Origin: Candidatus Harpocratesius repetitus
Lineage (GTDB): Archaea > Asgardarchaeota > Lokiarchaeia > Sigyniarchaeales > Promethearchaeaceae
DNA: 32,000 nucleotides
NCBI GenBank assembly: GCA_021498095.1
Contig: JAIZWK010000001.1
Location: forward strand, 3,210,001 to 3,242,000
Direction of reading: 5' to 3'
In this document: positions 17,596-26,369 of the stretch, piece after piece
How the letters are laid out: the number at the start of each line of letters is the position of its first letter
How positions within the stretch are numbered: the first letter of the stretch is position 1
Notes under the pieces: generated by a model
Told to the model about the DNA's origin: nothing
Database searches by the model: none
The model's input: only the letters and a program-made list of their open reading frames with translations
Made by a program: the position numbers and the translations under genes

Positions 17596-18402
17596 ATGAA
17601 TCAATTTGTGCTGGGTGGTAATTGGAAAATGCAAATCATCAAGGTGGAAGAGGCAGTTTTAATTGCTAAGGAAATTGCACAAGCCTTAGATGATATTACT
17701 TTAAAAAACGTTGATGTTTTTATCGCACCTTCATACAATGCGCTTTATTCAGTTGGACAAGCAATTAAAGGAAGTAAACTTAAATTGGCAGGGCAGAATA
17801 TGTATTTTCGCGATAAAGGCGCATTTACAGGGGAAATTTCCCCAGATTCACTAATAGATTCTGGTTGTGAATATGTTATTCTTGGACACAGTGAACGCCG
17901 ACGAATATTTGGTGAAACAAATGCCCAAATTAATCAAAAAGTAAAAAAAGCACTTGAAAAAGGATTAAAACCAGTCTTATGCATTGGTGAAACTGCTCAA
18001 GAACGAATAGATGGGAAAATGCAAGAAGTAAATAAAGAACAATTAGAAGAATCTTTAGCTGATATTGAACCAGAACAGATGAAAAATATTGTAATTGCTT
18101 ATGAACCTGTTTGGGCAATAAATAACCCATTTCTAAACCCAAACGTTGAAATTAAAACAGCCACACCTGAACAGGCAAATGAAGCCCACTCTTTTATTCG
18201 ATCATGGCTAGTCTCTAAATATGGAGAAATAGGAAATGAAATACCACTTCAATATGGGGGCTCAATGAAACCAGCTAATTGTGATGGTTTGCTTTCATTA
18301 CAGGATATTAATGGAGGTTTAATCGGTGGTGCTTCACTTTCTAAAGAAAATTTCCTACCTATAATTCAATCAGCTGTAAAAATTAGTGAAATAGATAACT
18401 GA
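17596..18402 (+). CDS. tpiA: Triosephosphate isomerase, long bacterial/eukaryotic type, with altered loop 6
   Basis: GNWKM, GAFTGEIS, GHSERR, AYEPVWAI, YGGSM, LIGGASL. ATG 17596 is preceded by GGTGA (the track start is GTG 17584). Confidence 0.93.
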   Translation: MNQFVLGGNWKMQIIKVEEAVLIAKEIAQALDDITLKNVDVFIAPSYNALYSVGQAIKGSKLKLAGQNMYFRDKGAFTGEISPDSLIDSGCEYVILGHSERRRIFGETNAQINQKVKKALEKGLKPVLCIGETAQERIDGKMQEVNKEQLEESLADIEPEQMKNIVIAYEPVWAINNPFLNPNVEIKTATPEQANEAHSFIRSWLVSKYGEIGNEIPLQYGGSMKPANCDGLLSLQDINGGLIGGASLSKENFLPIIQSAVKISEIDN

Positions 18403-18450
18403 TTTCAGCGTTTTTTTCTTTCTTTCCTCCTTCAAAGCTATGTCTCTCTA

Positions 18451-18870
18451 TTATTCCATGATAATAACACCATTACTTTTCATTTTATATTTGATACCTT
18501 TAATAACAATGAAGATTTCTTCTTCACCATTTTCATTGACTTCAGCACCAACAGATCCTCTTTCTTTGAAAAGCATAGCGTTTAGTTGAGTCGCGTTCAA
18601 ATTATTAAAATTAAGGATATCATGTGGCAAACTCTCTTTATTGTGGCGAAAATTAGATTGAATACGACCAATATTAAATGATTGTCGAATGCGATAAGCT
18701 AATTCTTCAAGGATTTCATCTACATGTGATTCTAAATGATCTATCGATTGTAAACCATATCCTTCAGTCCAAACATCTTGCCGTGAGCGATGTTTTGTAC
18801 GAGCAATAGTATTTACCATATTTATCAATTCATTAAATGAAAAATCACTAAAATTGTCTCTTTTTATCAT
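18451..18870 (-). CDS. Hypothetical protein
   Basis: 139-aa ATG ORF filling the gap between genes; no motif recognised. Confidence 0.6.
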   Translation of the reverse strand: MIKRDNFSDFSFNELINMVNTIARTKHRSRQDVWTEGYGLQSIDHLESHVDEILEELAYRIRQSFNIGRIQSNFRHNKESLPHDILNFNNLNATQLNAMLFKERGSVGAEVNENGEEEIFIVIKGIKYKMKSNGVIIME

Positions 18871-18980
18871 TAAATTCTCCCTCTTTAAATTCTGTTAATT
18901 ATTAATTTATGTAAACATATTTATTTTGATTTAATTTTTTAATTTCTTCTTTTAAAGATATAAATGCTTTGATTATTGAT

Positions 18981-20642
18981 TTATATATATTCTTTAAAAA
19001 GCTGCAGAATTTTCTCTGCAATATTATCAAGTTTTTCTTGAAATTCTGGCTGGTAAAGTTCAAGATCAGATTGTAATGATTCTGTTAGAATATTTTTTAT
19101 ATGAAATATGACTTCTCTCTGAGTATCTTCATCGAAAATAATTTCAGGCATAGAATTAGGATCTTCACTTAATTTATATGTGACAGTTTGTAAATACTGT
19201 GGAAAAGCCTTTTCAACACGACTGAAAAAATTCTTATTTGATTCATACTTTTCAGGATTATCTCTCCTATTAGCACGTGCGTAAATGTATAATTTCATAG
19301 CTGCAAGAAACTCATAGAAAAAGACCCTGGCTTCAAAATCGTACTTTTCACAAAATTTCCAATATTCTTCAAAGAAAAATCCTCGTTCCTTTTCTAAATT
19401 CTTATACAATTTGAAGAAAAACAAAGTCCATCCAAGATCTTGAGCAGGGTCTGAATAACAGCTCATTTCCCAGTCAATCAATCCAGCAATTTTTGTTCCG
19501 TTGACAATAATATTACTCGGCCGTAAATCTCCATGAATAAAAGAATATCCTGAAAGATGTAATAAAGGTTTATGTCCTTTAAACCATTTCCATAAAAACT
19601 TTATATCGGTATGAAATTCTTCATGTAACTTAATTTCCTTAAAGGATTTTAATACTTGGGCAACTTCGCTGAAAATATAATCTGAAAAAATCATCCGACG
19701 GGTAGATTTCACATTAAGATAGTATGATTGAAATTTTTTGGTTCTGATATTATGCAATTTACCAAGAATTTTAGCTAGATCAGCTAAGAATTGTCGGGTT
19801 TCTTCTTGCGTAAATGTATGAATAGTTTCAAGCACTGGTTGTCCAGGTAATTTTTCTAAAATAAGAAAACGGTAGCCTATGTAAGAAGGGTCTTCTTCAT
19901 AGAGATAGAATTTGGCCTTTGGAATATCAAGATCTTGTATTTTTTGTAGATTCTGTGATTCATTTTGAGCTTTAATGAGATTTTCGTTACGGGGATAAAT
20001 GCGTAAAATATAGACTCGAGTACTTTCTTGATTTTCAGCATCAAAATAATGAACTACGATTTCAAAAACTGCATTGTTTAGTCCAAATGCCAATTCTTTA
20101 CAATTTAGAATTTCGATAAATTTCTCTCCTGGTTCCATTAAAACTTGACCACGTCTGCGAAACCAAATTCTGTGTTGAAGATATTTATTTACCCGTTTTC
20201 CAACAGCTCTCGAATTTCTTAACCCTAAGGAAATTCTCAAATGACGAATAACATTTTCATTTGGAAGATCTTCTAATAATAAAAAAGGAAAGCCTAATAC
20301 TTGAAATGAAGATTCTACCACAATTTTTCCTAAAGGATAGATATCTAAATCTTTGATTGTCTTTATTTGTCGTAAATCTAATGCCATTTGATTATGTTTT
20401 TTTGCTTGTAAATAAAGAATTAATTTATATTTCCGACTATCGGGAATACGATCTGATGTTGTATATAAAATAGTAAGATCGATTATTGCATTCTTAGCAT
20501 TTTGTTCAATAATCTCCATCCGTTCAATATCACGGAATTTTTCATGAGAATATAGAAATTTACGAAGAATTCGTCGTCTTTTTAAGTATTTTACCAATGG
20601 AGGGAGTATTGAATCTAAATTGTCCAGTTTTTCTCTCTCCAT
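18981..20642 (-). CDS. APH/choline-kinase-like phosphotransferase with a duplicated N-lobe
   Basis: Brenner motif HGDLRPSN, IDWE, DPAQDLG; internal repeat of about 110 aa at the N-terminus. Confidence 0.85.
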   Translation of the reverse strand: MEREKLDNLDSILPPLVKYLKRRRILRKFLYSHEKFRDIERMEIIEQNAKNAIIDLTILYTTSDRIPDSRKYKLILYLQAKKHNQMALDLRQIKTIKDLDIYPLGKIVVESSFQVLGFPFLLLEDLPNENVIRHLRISLGLRNSRAVGKRVNKYLQHRIWFRRRGQVLMEPGEKFIEILNCKELAFGLNNAVFEIVVHYFDAENQESTRVYILRIYPRNENLIKAQNESQNLQKIQDLDIPKAKFYLYEEDPSYIGYRFLILEKLPGQPVLETIHTFTQEETRQFLADLAKILGKLHNIRTKKFQSYYLNVKSTRRMIFSDYIFSEVAQVLKSFKEIKLHEEFHTDIKFLWKWFKGHKPLLHLSGYSFIHGDLRPSNIIVNGTKIAGLIDWEMSCYSDPAQDLGWTLFFFKLYKNLEKERGFFFEEYWKFCEKYDFEARVFFYEFLAAMKLYIYARANRRDNPEKYESNKNFFSRVEKAFPQYLQTVTYKLSEDPNSMPEIIFDEDTQREVIFHIKNILTESLQSDLELYQPEFQEKLDNIAEKILQLFKEYI

Positions 20643-20682
20643 ATTTGAATAATCACAAAATCAACCTTAAAAAGTTGCTGTG

Positions 20683-21561
20683 CTATTTGCTAGAGAATTG
20701 AATCCGCTTCTCTAAATCACGAAAAATTCCTAGAACCTCTTTATCTGAAAAATTTGGTGCTAAACGATGAAATTTCAGATAATATTCATAAGCTCTTGCA
20801 TATTTCTCCATATTATAAAGAATTAGAATAATATTCTTTAAAGCGGTGATATTTTCTTCATCTAAAGCAAGCACTTTCTCAGCAAATTGCTTGGCTTCTT
20901 CAAAATTTCCAGTTCCAAATTCTAAAGCTGCAATTCTATTTAATATTAATTTGTTGTTTGGTTTTTCCTTCAAAGCTTTACGAAGATGGTATAATGCTTT
21001 TCGATATTGTGCGGAAAATTCATATGCTAACGAAATAGAATAATGTGCTTCAGAATATTCCGAATCCAATTTAAGAGCTTCTTCAAAACTCTTTATTGCT
21101 TCAGAATTAGCATCAATCTCAATATATGCATTCCCCAAGTTATTCCAAACTCGTGGATCACTCTTATTAATTTGTAATGCTAACTTATAACATTCAATAG
21201 CCTCACGATAAAGCGATTTTCCTTTCTTTTTTGCTAAAATCTGCATGGTTGAACCCATATTTAGATATAATCCATACATTATTCTATCATATTCGATCCC
21301 TTGTACATCAGAAGGAATTTCTCGTATTTTTTTATAGAAACTTAATCCTTTATTTAATTCTCCTAATTGTACATAAGTCAAACCTAAATGATAATACTTT
21401 AAAACTTCAAAATTCGGAGAATTTAGATGATGAAAAAAGGGTAATGACTCACGATACTTCCCTTTACTATATAATGAGAGCCCTCGTTCGAATATCACTT
21501 TATCATCTTTTCCCTTGTATTCAAGAGGGAGTTCTTCTATTTCGTATTTATGCATTAACAA
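20683..21561 (-). CDS. Tetratricopeptide-repeat protein
   Basis: Repeated TPR patterns (VWNNLGNAY...EAIKSFEEALKLDSEYSEAHYSI). Confidence 0.9.
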   Translation of the reverse strand: MLMHKYEIEELPLEYKGKDDKVIFERGLSLYSKGKYRESLPFFHHLNSPNFEVLKYYHLGLTYVQLGELNKGLSFYKKIREIPSDVQGIEYDRIMYGLYLNMGSTMQILAKKKGKSLYREAIECYKLALQINKSDPRVWNNLGNAYIEIDANSEAIKSFEEALKLDSEYSEAHYSISLAYEFSAQYRKALYHLRKALKEKPNNKLILNRIAALEFGTGNFEEAKQFAEKVLALDEENITALKNIILILYNMEKYARAYEYYLKFHRLAPNFSDKEVLGIFRDLEKRIQFSSK

Positions 21562-21655
21562 TCAAAATAGGTAAAGGAAAAAAAAAGATAAATTTATCCT
21601 CTTTTTATTAGAACTCTACTTGTTAGTAAAAAAAAGTTGAAAATGTTGAAGCATT

Positions 21656-21742
21656 AAATTCCCAGACAATCGGCTTTGTGTAAATATATTCTCCTTTTGT
21701 GATGTAAAGTTTTGGAATATATTTCATCCATAAAGGGAATTT
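21656..21742 (-). promoter_or_regulatory. Candidate SECIS element in the 3' UTR (eukaryote/Loki-like, variant core)
   Basis: Minus-strand RNA: helix I CUUUAUG/CACAAAG, then G-AUGA, helix II AAAUAUAUUC/GAAUAUAUUU, unpaired AAAA, mini-stem CUUU/AAAG. Starts within 15 nt of the stop of a UGA-containing ORF. Confidence 0.6.
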
Positions 21743-21747
21743 TTGAA

Positions 21748-22095
21748 TCATATATCTGATGCGCTGGTTCTCTTCCTTTGATTTTTTGGCGGAATTAAAA
21801 AAAGATTTCGATAAACAGCCCAACCACTTAATACAATTTGAGCATCATTCCACCAGGATATTAGTGAATTTTGAATTAAAATAGGAACTGGACATTTTTC
21901 ATGGAATTTTTCGGTGAATTTTCTTTTAAAATCATCATCTTTTTTGATACTATCTCGTGAAATAATGCTTGTTAGTGCCACTCTCGATTCCCCGCATCAA
22001 CCTCTATAAATTTTTTCTGTAATTAGTATAATCGGAAAAGAAATTCCTTCCATTTTTTCTTTAATAAATTGTATTGCTTCTTCAGAGAACTTCAT
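21748..22095 (-). CDS. Putative selenoprotein, HesB-like/CC-Se motif family (in-frame UGA at 21997-21999, codon 33)
   Basis: MKFSEEAIQFIKEKMEGISFPIILITEKIYRG-U-CGESRVALT...VPILIQNSLISWWNDAQIVLSGWAVYRNLFL; 115 aa if UGA is read as Sec. The track reports only the part after the UGA (21748..21981). Confidence 0.75.
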
Positions 22096-22298
22096 GATTA
22101 TATCTATTGATCCATTAACTTCATCCAATAAAAATTTAAGCCCTTCATTCTTTATTCTTTTTATTTAACTAATCTTAATTTACTTATACATTTTTACTCA
22201 CCTAATTAAAATATTTATAAAAAATAATTAAAACTAATGATAGTATGGCTAAAAAATTGCACAACCTTTTTATATATTGGTTAATTAAATTTTACTAG

Positions 22299-22314
22299 AG
22301 TTGGAATTCCAACT
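22299..22314. promoter_or_regulatory. Perfect 16-bp palindrome at the presumed thioredoxin transcription start
   Basis: AGTTGGAATTCCAACT, about 25 nt downstream of TTTTTATATA (22267-22276). Confidence 0.5.
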
Positions 22315-22340
22315 GCAAAAAAAATAATGTAGTGAATACT

Positions 22341-22766
22341 ATGGCAGATGATATGGAATTAGAACTTATCAGAAGAAAAAAAATGGAAAAAATGATGAAA
22401 ATGAATCAAACTACTATTCCAAATGAAGTGATCGACATCACATCCGTTGATCATTTTAATAAAATTGTTAATGATTATAAAGATAATCTCATAATCGTAG
22501 ATAATTGGGCAGAATGGTGCAGACCTTGTTTAGCTTTTGCTCCAACTTACCATGATCTTCAAAAAGAATATCATTCAAAGGGAGTGATTTTTGCAAAACT
22601 AAATGTTGATCACCACCAAGATATTGCAGCACAATTTCAGGTAACTGGAATTCCTACAACATTATTTATTCATAATAAGAAATTAGTGCATAGACAAGTT
22701 GGGATGGCACCAAAACCTCAATTTGCTCAAGTTATTGATGCAGTATTAAAAAAAGTTCAAAACTAA
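22341..22766 (+). CDS. trxA: Thioredoxin (archaeal type with charged N-terminal extension)
   Basis: WAEWCRPC active site, FAKLNVD, VTGIPT. ATG 22341 is preferred over GTG 22332. Confidence 0.95.
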   Translation: MADDMELELIRRKKMEKMMKMNQTTIPNEVIDITSVDHFNKIVNDYKDNLIIVDNWAEWCRPCLAFAPTYHDLQKEYHSKGVIFAKLNVDHHQDIAAQFQVTGIPTTLFIHNKKLVHRQVGMAPKPQFAQVIDAVLKKVQN

Positions 22767-22949
22767 TTGAACTTAATATTTTTTTAATAAACCAAGATGG
22801 GTTAATTAGGTAACGCTTATTACGTTCATATATTAACGAAGAAATAACAAAAAGTCTAAATTAATCATCTCAACATGTGCAAGCGCGTTCATCAACGCTA
22901 CAAAAATTACCCATCTTAAAAATCGTAACTAATTATTGGGAAGATTCGT

Positions 22950-23378
22950 ATGGATACCATAGGGGTATCAATGGTTAATCAAGCACAATTGGATGAATTT
23001 GTTCAAATTGTTAGATCCGTTTTTAGGCTAACCAAGAAAGAAGCAGAGTGTTTCTTAAAATTGAGGCGATACGGCCCAGAAGGAACTTGTGTTCAGAATC
23101 TTGTAATTCAAACAGAATCTGAAAGAAGCGTGGAGCAAAAAAAGTTAAAAAAACTGCTCCGTTTACAATTAGTTACTCGAGAAGCATTATCTTTAAAAGA
23201 TTTTCAAAATCGATGCTCAGAAAATAATAGAGATGATTTAATTCCTAGTACTAAAAAGGGATATCTCTATATCTACAGAGTTATTCCAGATTCAGAGTTA
23301 ATTGCAAAAATTAAAGAGATAACTGATCAGTGGTTAAAAAATGTTAATAGCTTCCTTTTGCCCTTAACAGAAAATTAA
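22950..23378 (+). CDS. TrmB-like/COG3355-like HTH transcriptional regulator
   Basis: VFRLTKKEAECFLKL...ERSVEQKKLKKL...KKGYLYIYR. Confidence 0.7.
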   Translation: MDTIGVSMVNQAQLDEFVQIVRSVFRLTKKEAECFLKLRRYGPEGTCVQNLVIQTESERSVEQKKLKKLLRLQLVTREALSLKDFQNRCSENNRDDLIPSTKKGYLYIYRVIPDSELIAKIKEITDQWLKNVNSFLLPLTEN

Positions 23379-23392
23379 AAATTAGAAAAATT

Positions 23393-24313
23393 TTAAAAGA
23401 ACATTAGTATTTTTTCGATATGATCAAGTAAAGATTTTACACTATCCTTCAAAGCCAAAACATTATAGACTTTTTCAGGTTTATAACCAACAAGAAGGTA
23501 AAAATTTTGATCTTCTTCTCCAACAATACGGTGAGCTAATAATTCAACACCTTCTGATTCGATGGTGAATTCTCCTGCATACAATTTCAATTTTTTTGGT
23601 TCAAAAGCTGCAAAAATTTCTTTGGCAGCTAATTTAAGAGCAGTTTGATCAACATTTTCAGGAAAATAACTTCCCAATTCAACCAGATCTTCAGAATAAA
23701 GTAAAATAAACTCGATTTGATCTTCAAAATTGTTATTTTTAACAAATTCGCTTAAAATGACTTCTGTATTGTTTGTTAAGATATTATTTCCTAAAACTGC
23801 ATTTGACATTGCGTGAATAACAGAAATAGGATTAAATATAGAAGTTTTAATTACTTCTGTTTTTAGTGGATGCGCCATTGTTTTAAGTTTTTCTCCAAGA
23901 GTCTTTACATATTCTACAGTTTCAGTCTCTTTCTCTAAACCAGGATCAAATTTATGAAGTAGGATAAAAAGAATAATATTTGGAGAGTATTCTAACAGAG
24001 CAGTTCGAACCATTTGAAAATAATTTAACGTATCAGAAATTGAGTTTTGATCTTGAATATCCACAACAAAATAAACCTGTTCTAAATCAGAAAAATAAAC
24101 ATCTGCACGATTCATATATTTTTTTCGAAATCGATCTTGACCTCCAAAATCCCATACGATCAAGTCTTTTCCAAAAAAGGTCATTTTACTCCTTTCAATA
24201 CCTTTAGTGGGTTTAAGTTTTGCGAGAGATTTAAATTCTCGTTGAAATGTACGAATAATACTTGTTTTACCTGAATTTTGGATTCCTAAAATGGGTATTT
24301 TTTCTTCTGACAT
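23393..24313 (-). CDS. Rag/Gtr-like small GTPase with a C-terminal roadblock-like domain
   Basis: G1 GIQNSGKTS, PTKG, WDFGGQ, HKFD, TSIF; C-terminal alpha/beta domain of about 120 aa. Confidence 0.85.
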   Translation of the reverse strand: MSEEKIPILGIQNSGKTSIIRTFQREFKSLAKLKPTKGIERSKMTFFGKDLIVWDFGGQDRFRKKYMNRADVYFSDLEQVYFVVDIQDQNSISDTLNYFQMVRTALLEYSPNIILFILLHKFDPGLEKETETVEYVKTLGEKLKTMAHPLKTEVIKTSIFNPISVIHAMSNAVLGNNILTNNTEVILSEFVKNNNFEDQIEFILLYSEDLVELGSYFPENVDQTALKLAAKEIFAAFEPKKLKLYAGEFTIESEGVELLAHRIVGEEDQNFYLLVGYKPEKVYNVLALKDSVKSLLDHIEKILMFF

Positions 24314-24374
24314 GAAAATAACCTCTATTTTCTTATGAGTTACTTAGTTAAAAATACATTTAAATGGTAATATT

Positions 24375-26297
24375 TTAACGAATTTTTTTATATAAAAAGA
24401 AAACTGTGCTAAAGCCAATTAATCCAATAATATAAAATCCAAGATTAACTACATTTATTCCAGGTATAACAATGACATAAAAACCAAATCTACCAATATA
24501 TTGGCCATTTGAATAAATATCTATAGCTATAAAGCGCTCAAAATTATCTTCTTCTAAAAATTGAAAATTCCATTCTAAATATTCCATGGTTCCATTGTGA
24601 AGAGATAAAATTGTTTGATTAGTTGGATTTTCTTTAGAGAGTTTAATATTTTGACCAATAATTTTTAAAGTCAAATTGCAAGTTTGATTTTCCAAATAAA
24701 AATTCCCAACTCCAACTTCTAAAGAGAGAGTTTGTTTATCAGACACTACAATTGAAGAATAATTGGCATTTATTGATGAATTAAATCGACTAGGGATAGA
24801 TTTAGATATGTAATTTAATTGTGAAATAAAATTATATGCATTTGCAAAGCGAGATTTATTTTGTAAAAATAGAAGATAATGGTATGAATAGTCAAATAAA
24901 TCCCATTTTGGAACGACTATCATTTTAGGATTCGGAATATACTTATATTGATTGGCAGAAGCAAGAGAATTCTGAGAAGAAAAGGTATATATTGGTTCAA
25001 TAGCAAATGTTGTAGAAGTAAGGTGAAAATAAATTAAACAAATGGAATTTGATGGAGATTTTCCAATAACTAATCCTTCAAAAATTTCAGATATTCCGGG
25101 TAAAAAGGCATATTTCTTCTCAACAACAAGAGTTGAATTCAATATTTGAAAAACCTCTCCATTAAAAGAAATATTCTGAATTAAATTCGAGGAAGAATCC
25201 AATTTTAAATAATTTAATCCCCAGGTTGATAAATTATTTTTTTGAAGCCAAAATATATGAGAATTATTTAATGAATCGGTAATAAAATGCGGAAATTGCA
25301 GCGATTCAGCAGTAGATGTATTCACAAGGAGAGAGAAATTGTGAAATTGTCCTGCTGTGAGATTGGTATAGAATGTGGTGGTGTTAAACCACTGATAAAC
25401 ATTAGTAGTAAAATTTTCTGAATTAGTAAAATTCGACTCAATTAAAGAGGATTGATTAAAATTTGACCGTGTATATAAAGTAGTATATTCTAACATTTCC
25501 AGACGATGAAAAATGGACGAATTATCTTGAGGAGGAGTATAATCAGTTTGTAAAAGAAATTTTGTTTGATGATAATTTTCAAGGCTGAGAGTGAAATCTA
25601 TTGGTATTATTCCTTCTGAAAAAACAGTCCGATTTGAAGCGAATTCAAATTTTATTTCAGATTCATATGAGACGGTTTGATTCATTAATGTAGAATTGAA
25701 ATATGTTGCATTAATTTGAGTTTGGTGCATAAATGAATAAGCAGGATACATGTATTCCAAATATGGATTTTCTAGATTAGTTGAATTTAACCAAGCAATA
25801 TGAGGTTGGTTTAATTCATCGATTTCAAAATGCAAATTTATATTTAGAAGGTTTGAAGGACAAATTAAAGTTTGGAGCCATTCGGAATGATTTGAAAAAA
25901 GATAAAAATATCCTACATTTTCAACGCCGACCAAAATTTGTATACTTCCATGAGAACCAATTTGAATTTTAGGATTTGATAATGATTCTGAACGATTAAA
26001 TATTATCTGAGAATTGATTAAGCGCCATTCAGAATCATAAGTAGATAAAGTAAGGTAGTGAAGAAAATAATCATAATCGACTGAAACGACATACCTATAA
26101 CCATCAGGACCGATATCAAGATTGAATTGATTTCCAGTAGTTAAAACTTTCGGAAATGACACAACAATCGGATTAACTTTCAATAATGGTTCTTTTGACA
26201 TTGATGTGGCTACAATCGGCTGGATTTGGGTTGATACAGATAAAATTAGAAAACTTGAAAAGATCAAAAACCAAAAAATGTTATTTTTTTTTTTCAT
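24375..26297 (-). CDS. Secreted, C-terminally anchored cell-surface glycoprotein
   Basis: Signal peptide (MKKKNNIFWFLIFSSFLILSVS), about 26 N-x-S/T sequons counted, C-terminal TM helix followed by KKIR. Confidence 0.8.
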   Translation of the reverse strand: MKKKNNIFWFLIFSSFLILSVSTQIQPIVATSMSKEPLLKVNPIVVSFPKVLTTGNQFNLDIGPDGYRYVVSVDYDYFLHYLTLSTYDSEWRLINSQIIFNRSESLSNPKIQIGSHGSIQILVGVENVGYFYLFSNHSEWLQTLICPSNLLNINLHFEIDELNQPHIAWLNSTNLENPYLEYMYPAYSFMHQTQINATYFNSTLMNQTVSYESEIKFEFASNRTVFSEGIIPIDFTLSLENYHQTKFLLQTDYTPPQDNSSIFHRLEMLEYTTLYTRSNFNQSSLIESNFTNSENFTTNVYQWFNTTTFYTNLTAGQFHNFSLLVNTSTAESLQFPHFITDSLNNSHIFWLQKNNLSTWGLNYLKLDSSSNLIQNISFNGEVFQILNSTLVVEKKYAFLPGISEIFEGLVIGKSPSNSICLIYFHLTSTTFAIEPIYTFSSQNSLASANQYKYIPNPKMIVVPKWDLFDYSYHYLLFLQNKSRFANAYNFISQLNYISKSIPSRFNSSINANYSSIVVSDKQTLSLEVGVGNFYLENQTCNLTLKIIGQNIKLSKENPTNQTILSLHNGTMEYLEWNFQFLEEDNFERFIAIDIYSNGQYIGRFGFYVIVIPGINVVNLGFYIIGLIGFSTVFFLYKKIR

Positions 26298-26369
26298 AAT
26301 TAAATTTCACCACATTTTACCTAAATCTTCAGTATTTATACATTTTTAAATTCTACAATTGTAAAAAGA

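Noticed and set aside
21623-21823. 66-aa ORF as a gene or a frameshifted C-terminus
   Set aside because: It overlaps the selenoprotein 3' end in another frame and runs through the SECIS-like hairpin; no motif; a frameshift is not needed to complete the protein.
21890-21935. AUGA...GA inside the selenoprotein CDS as an alternative SECIS
   Set aside because: The pairing next to the putative core is poor; the 3' UTR hairpin fits much better.
21748-21981. Track ORF of 77 aa as a stand-alone gene
   Set aside because: It is the part after the UGA of the longer reading frame starting at ATG 22095.
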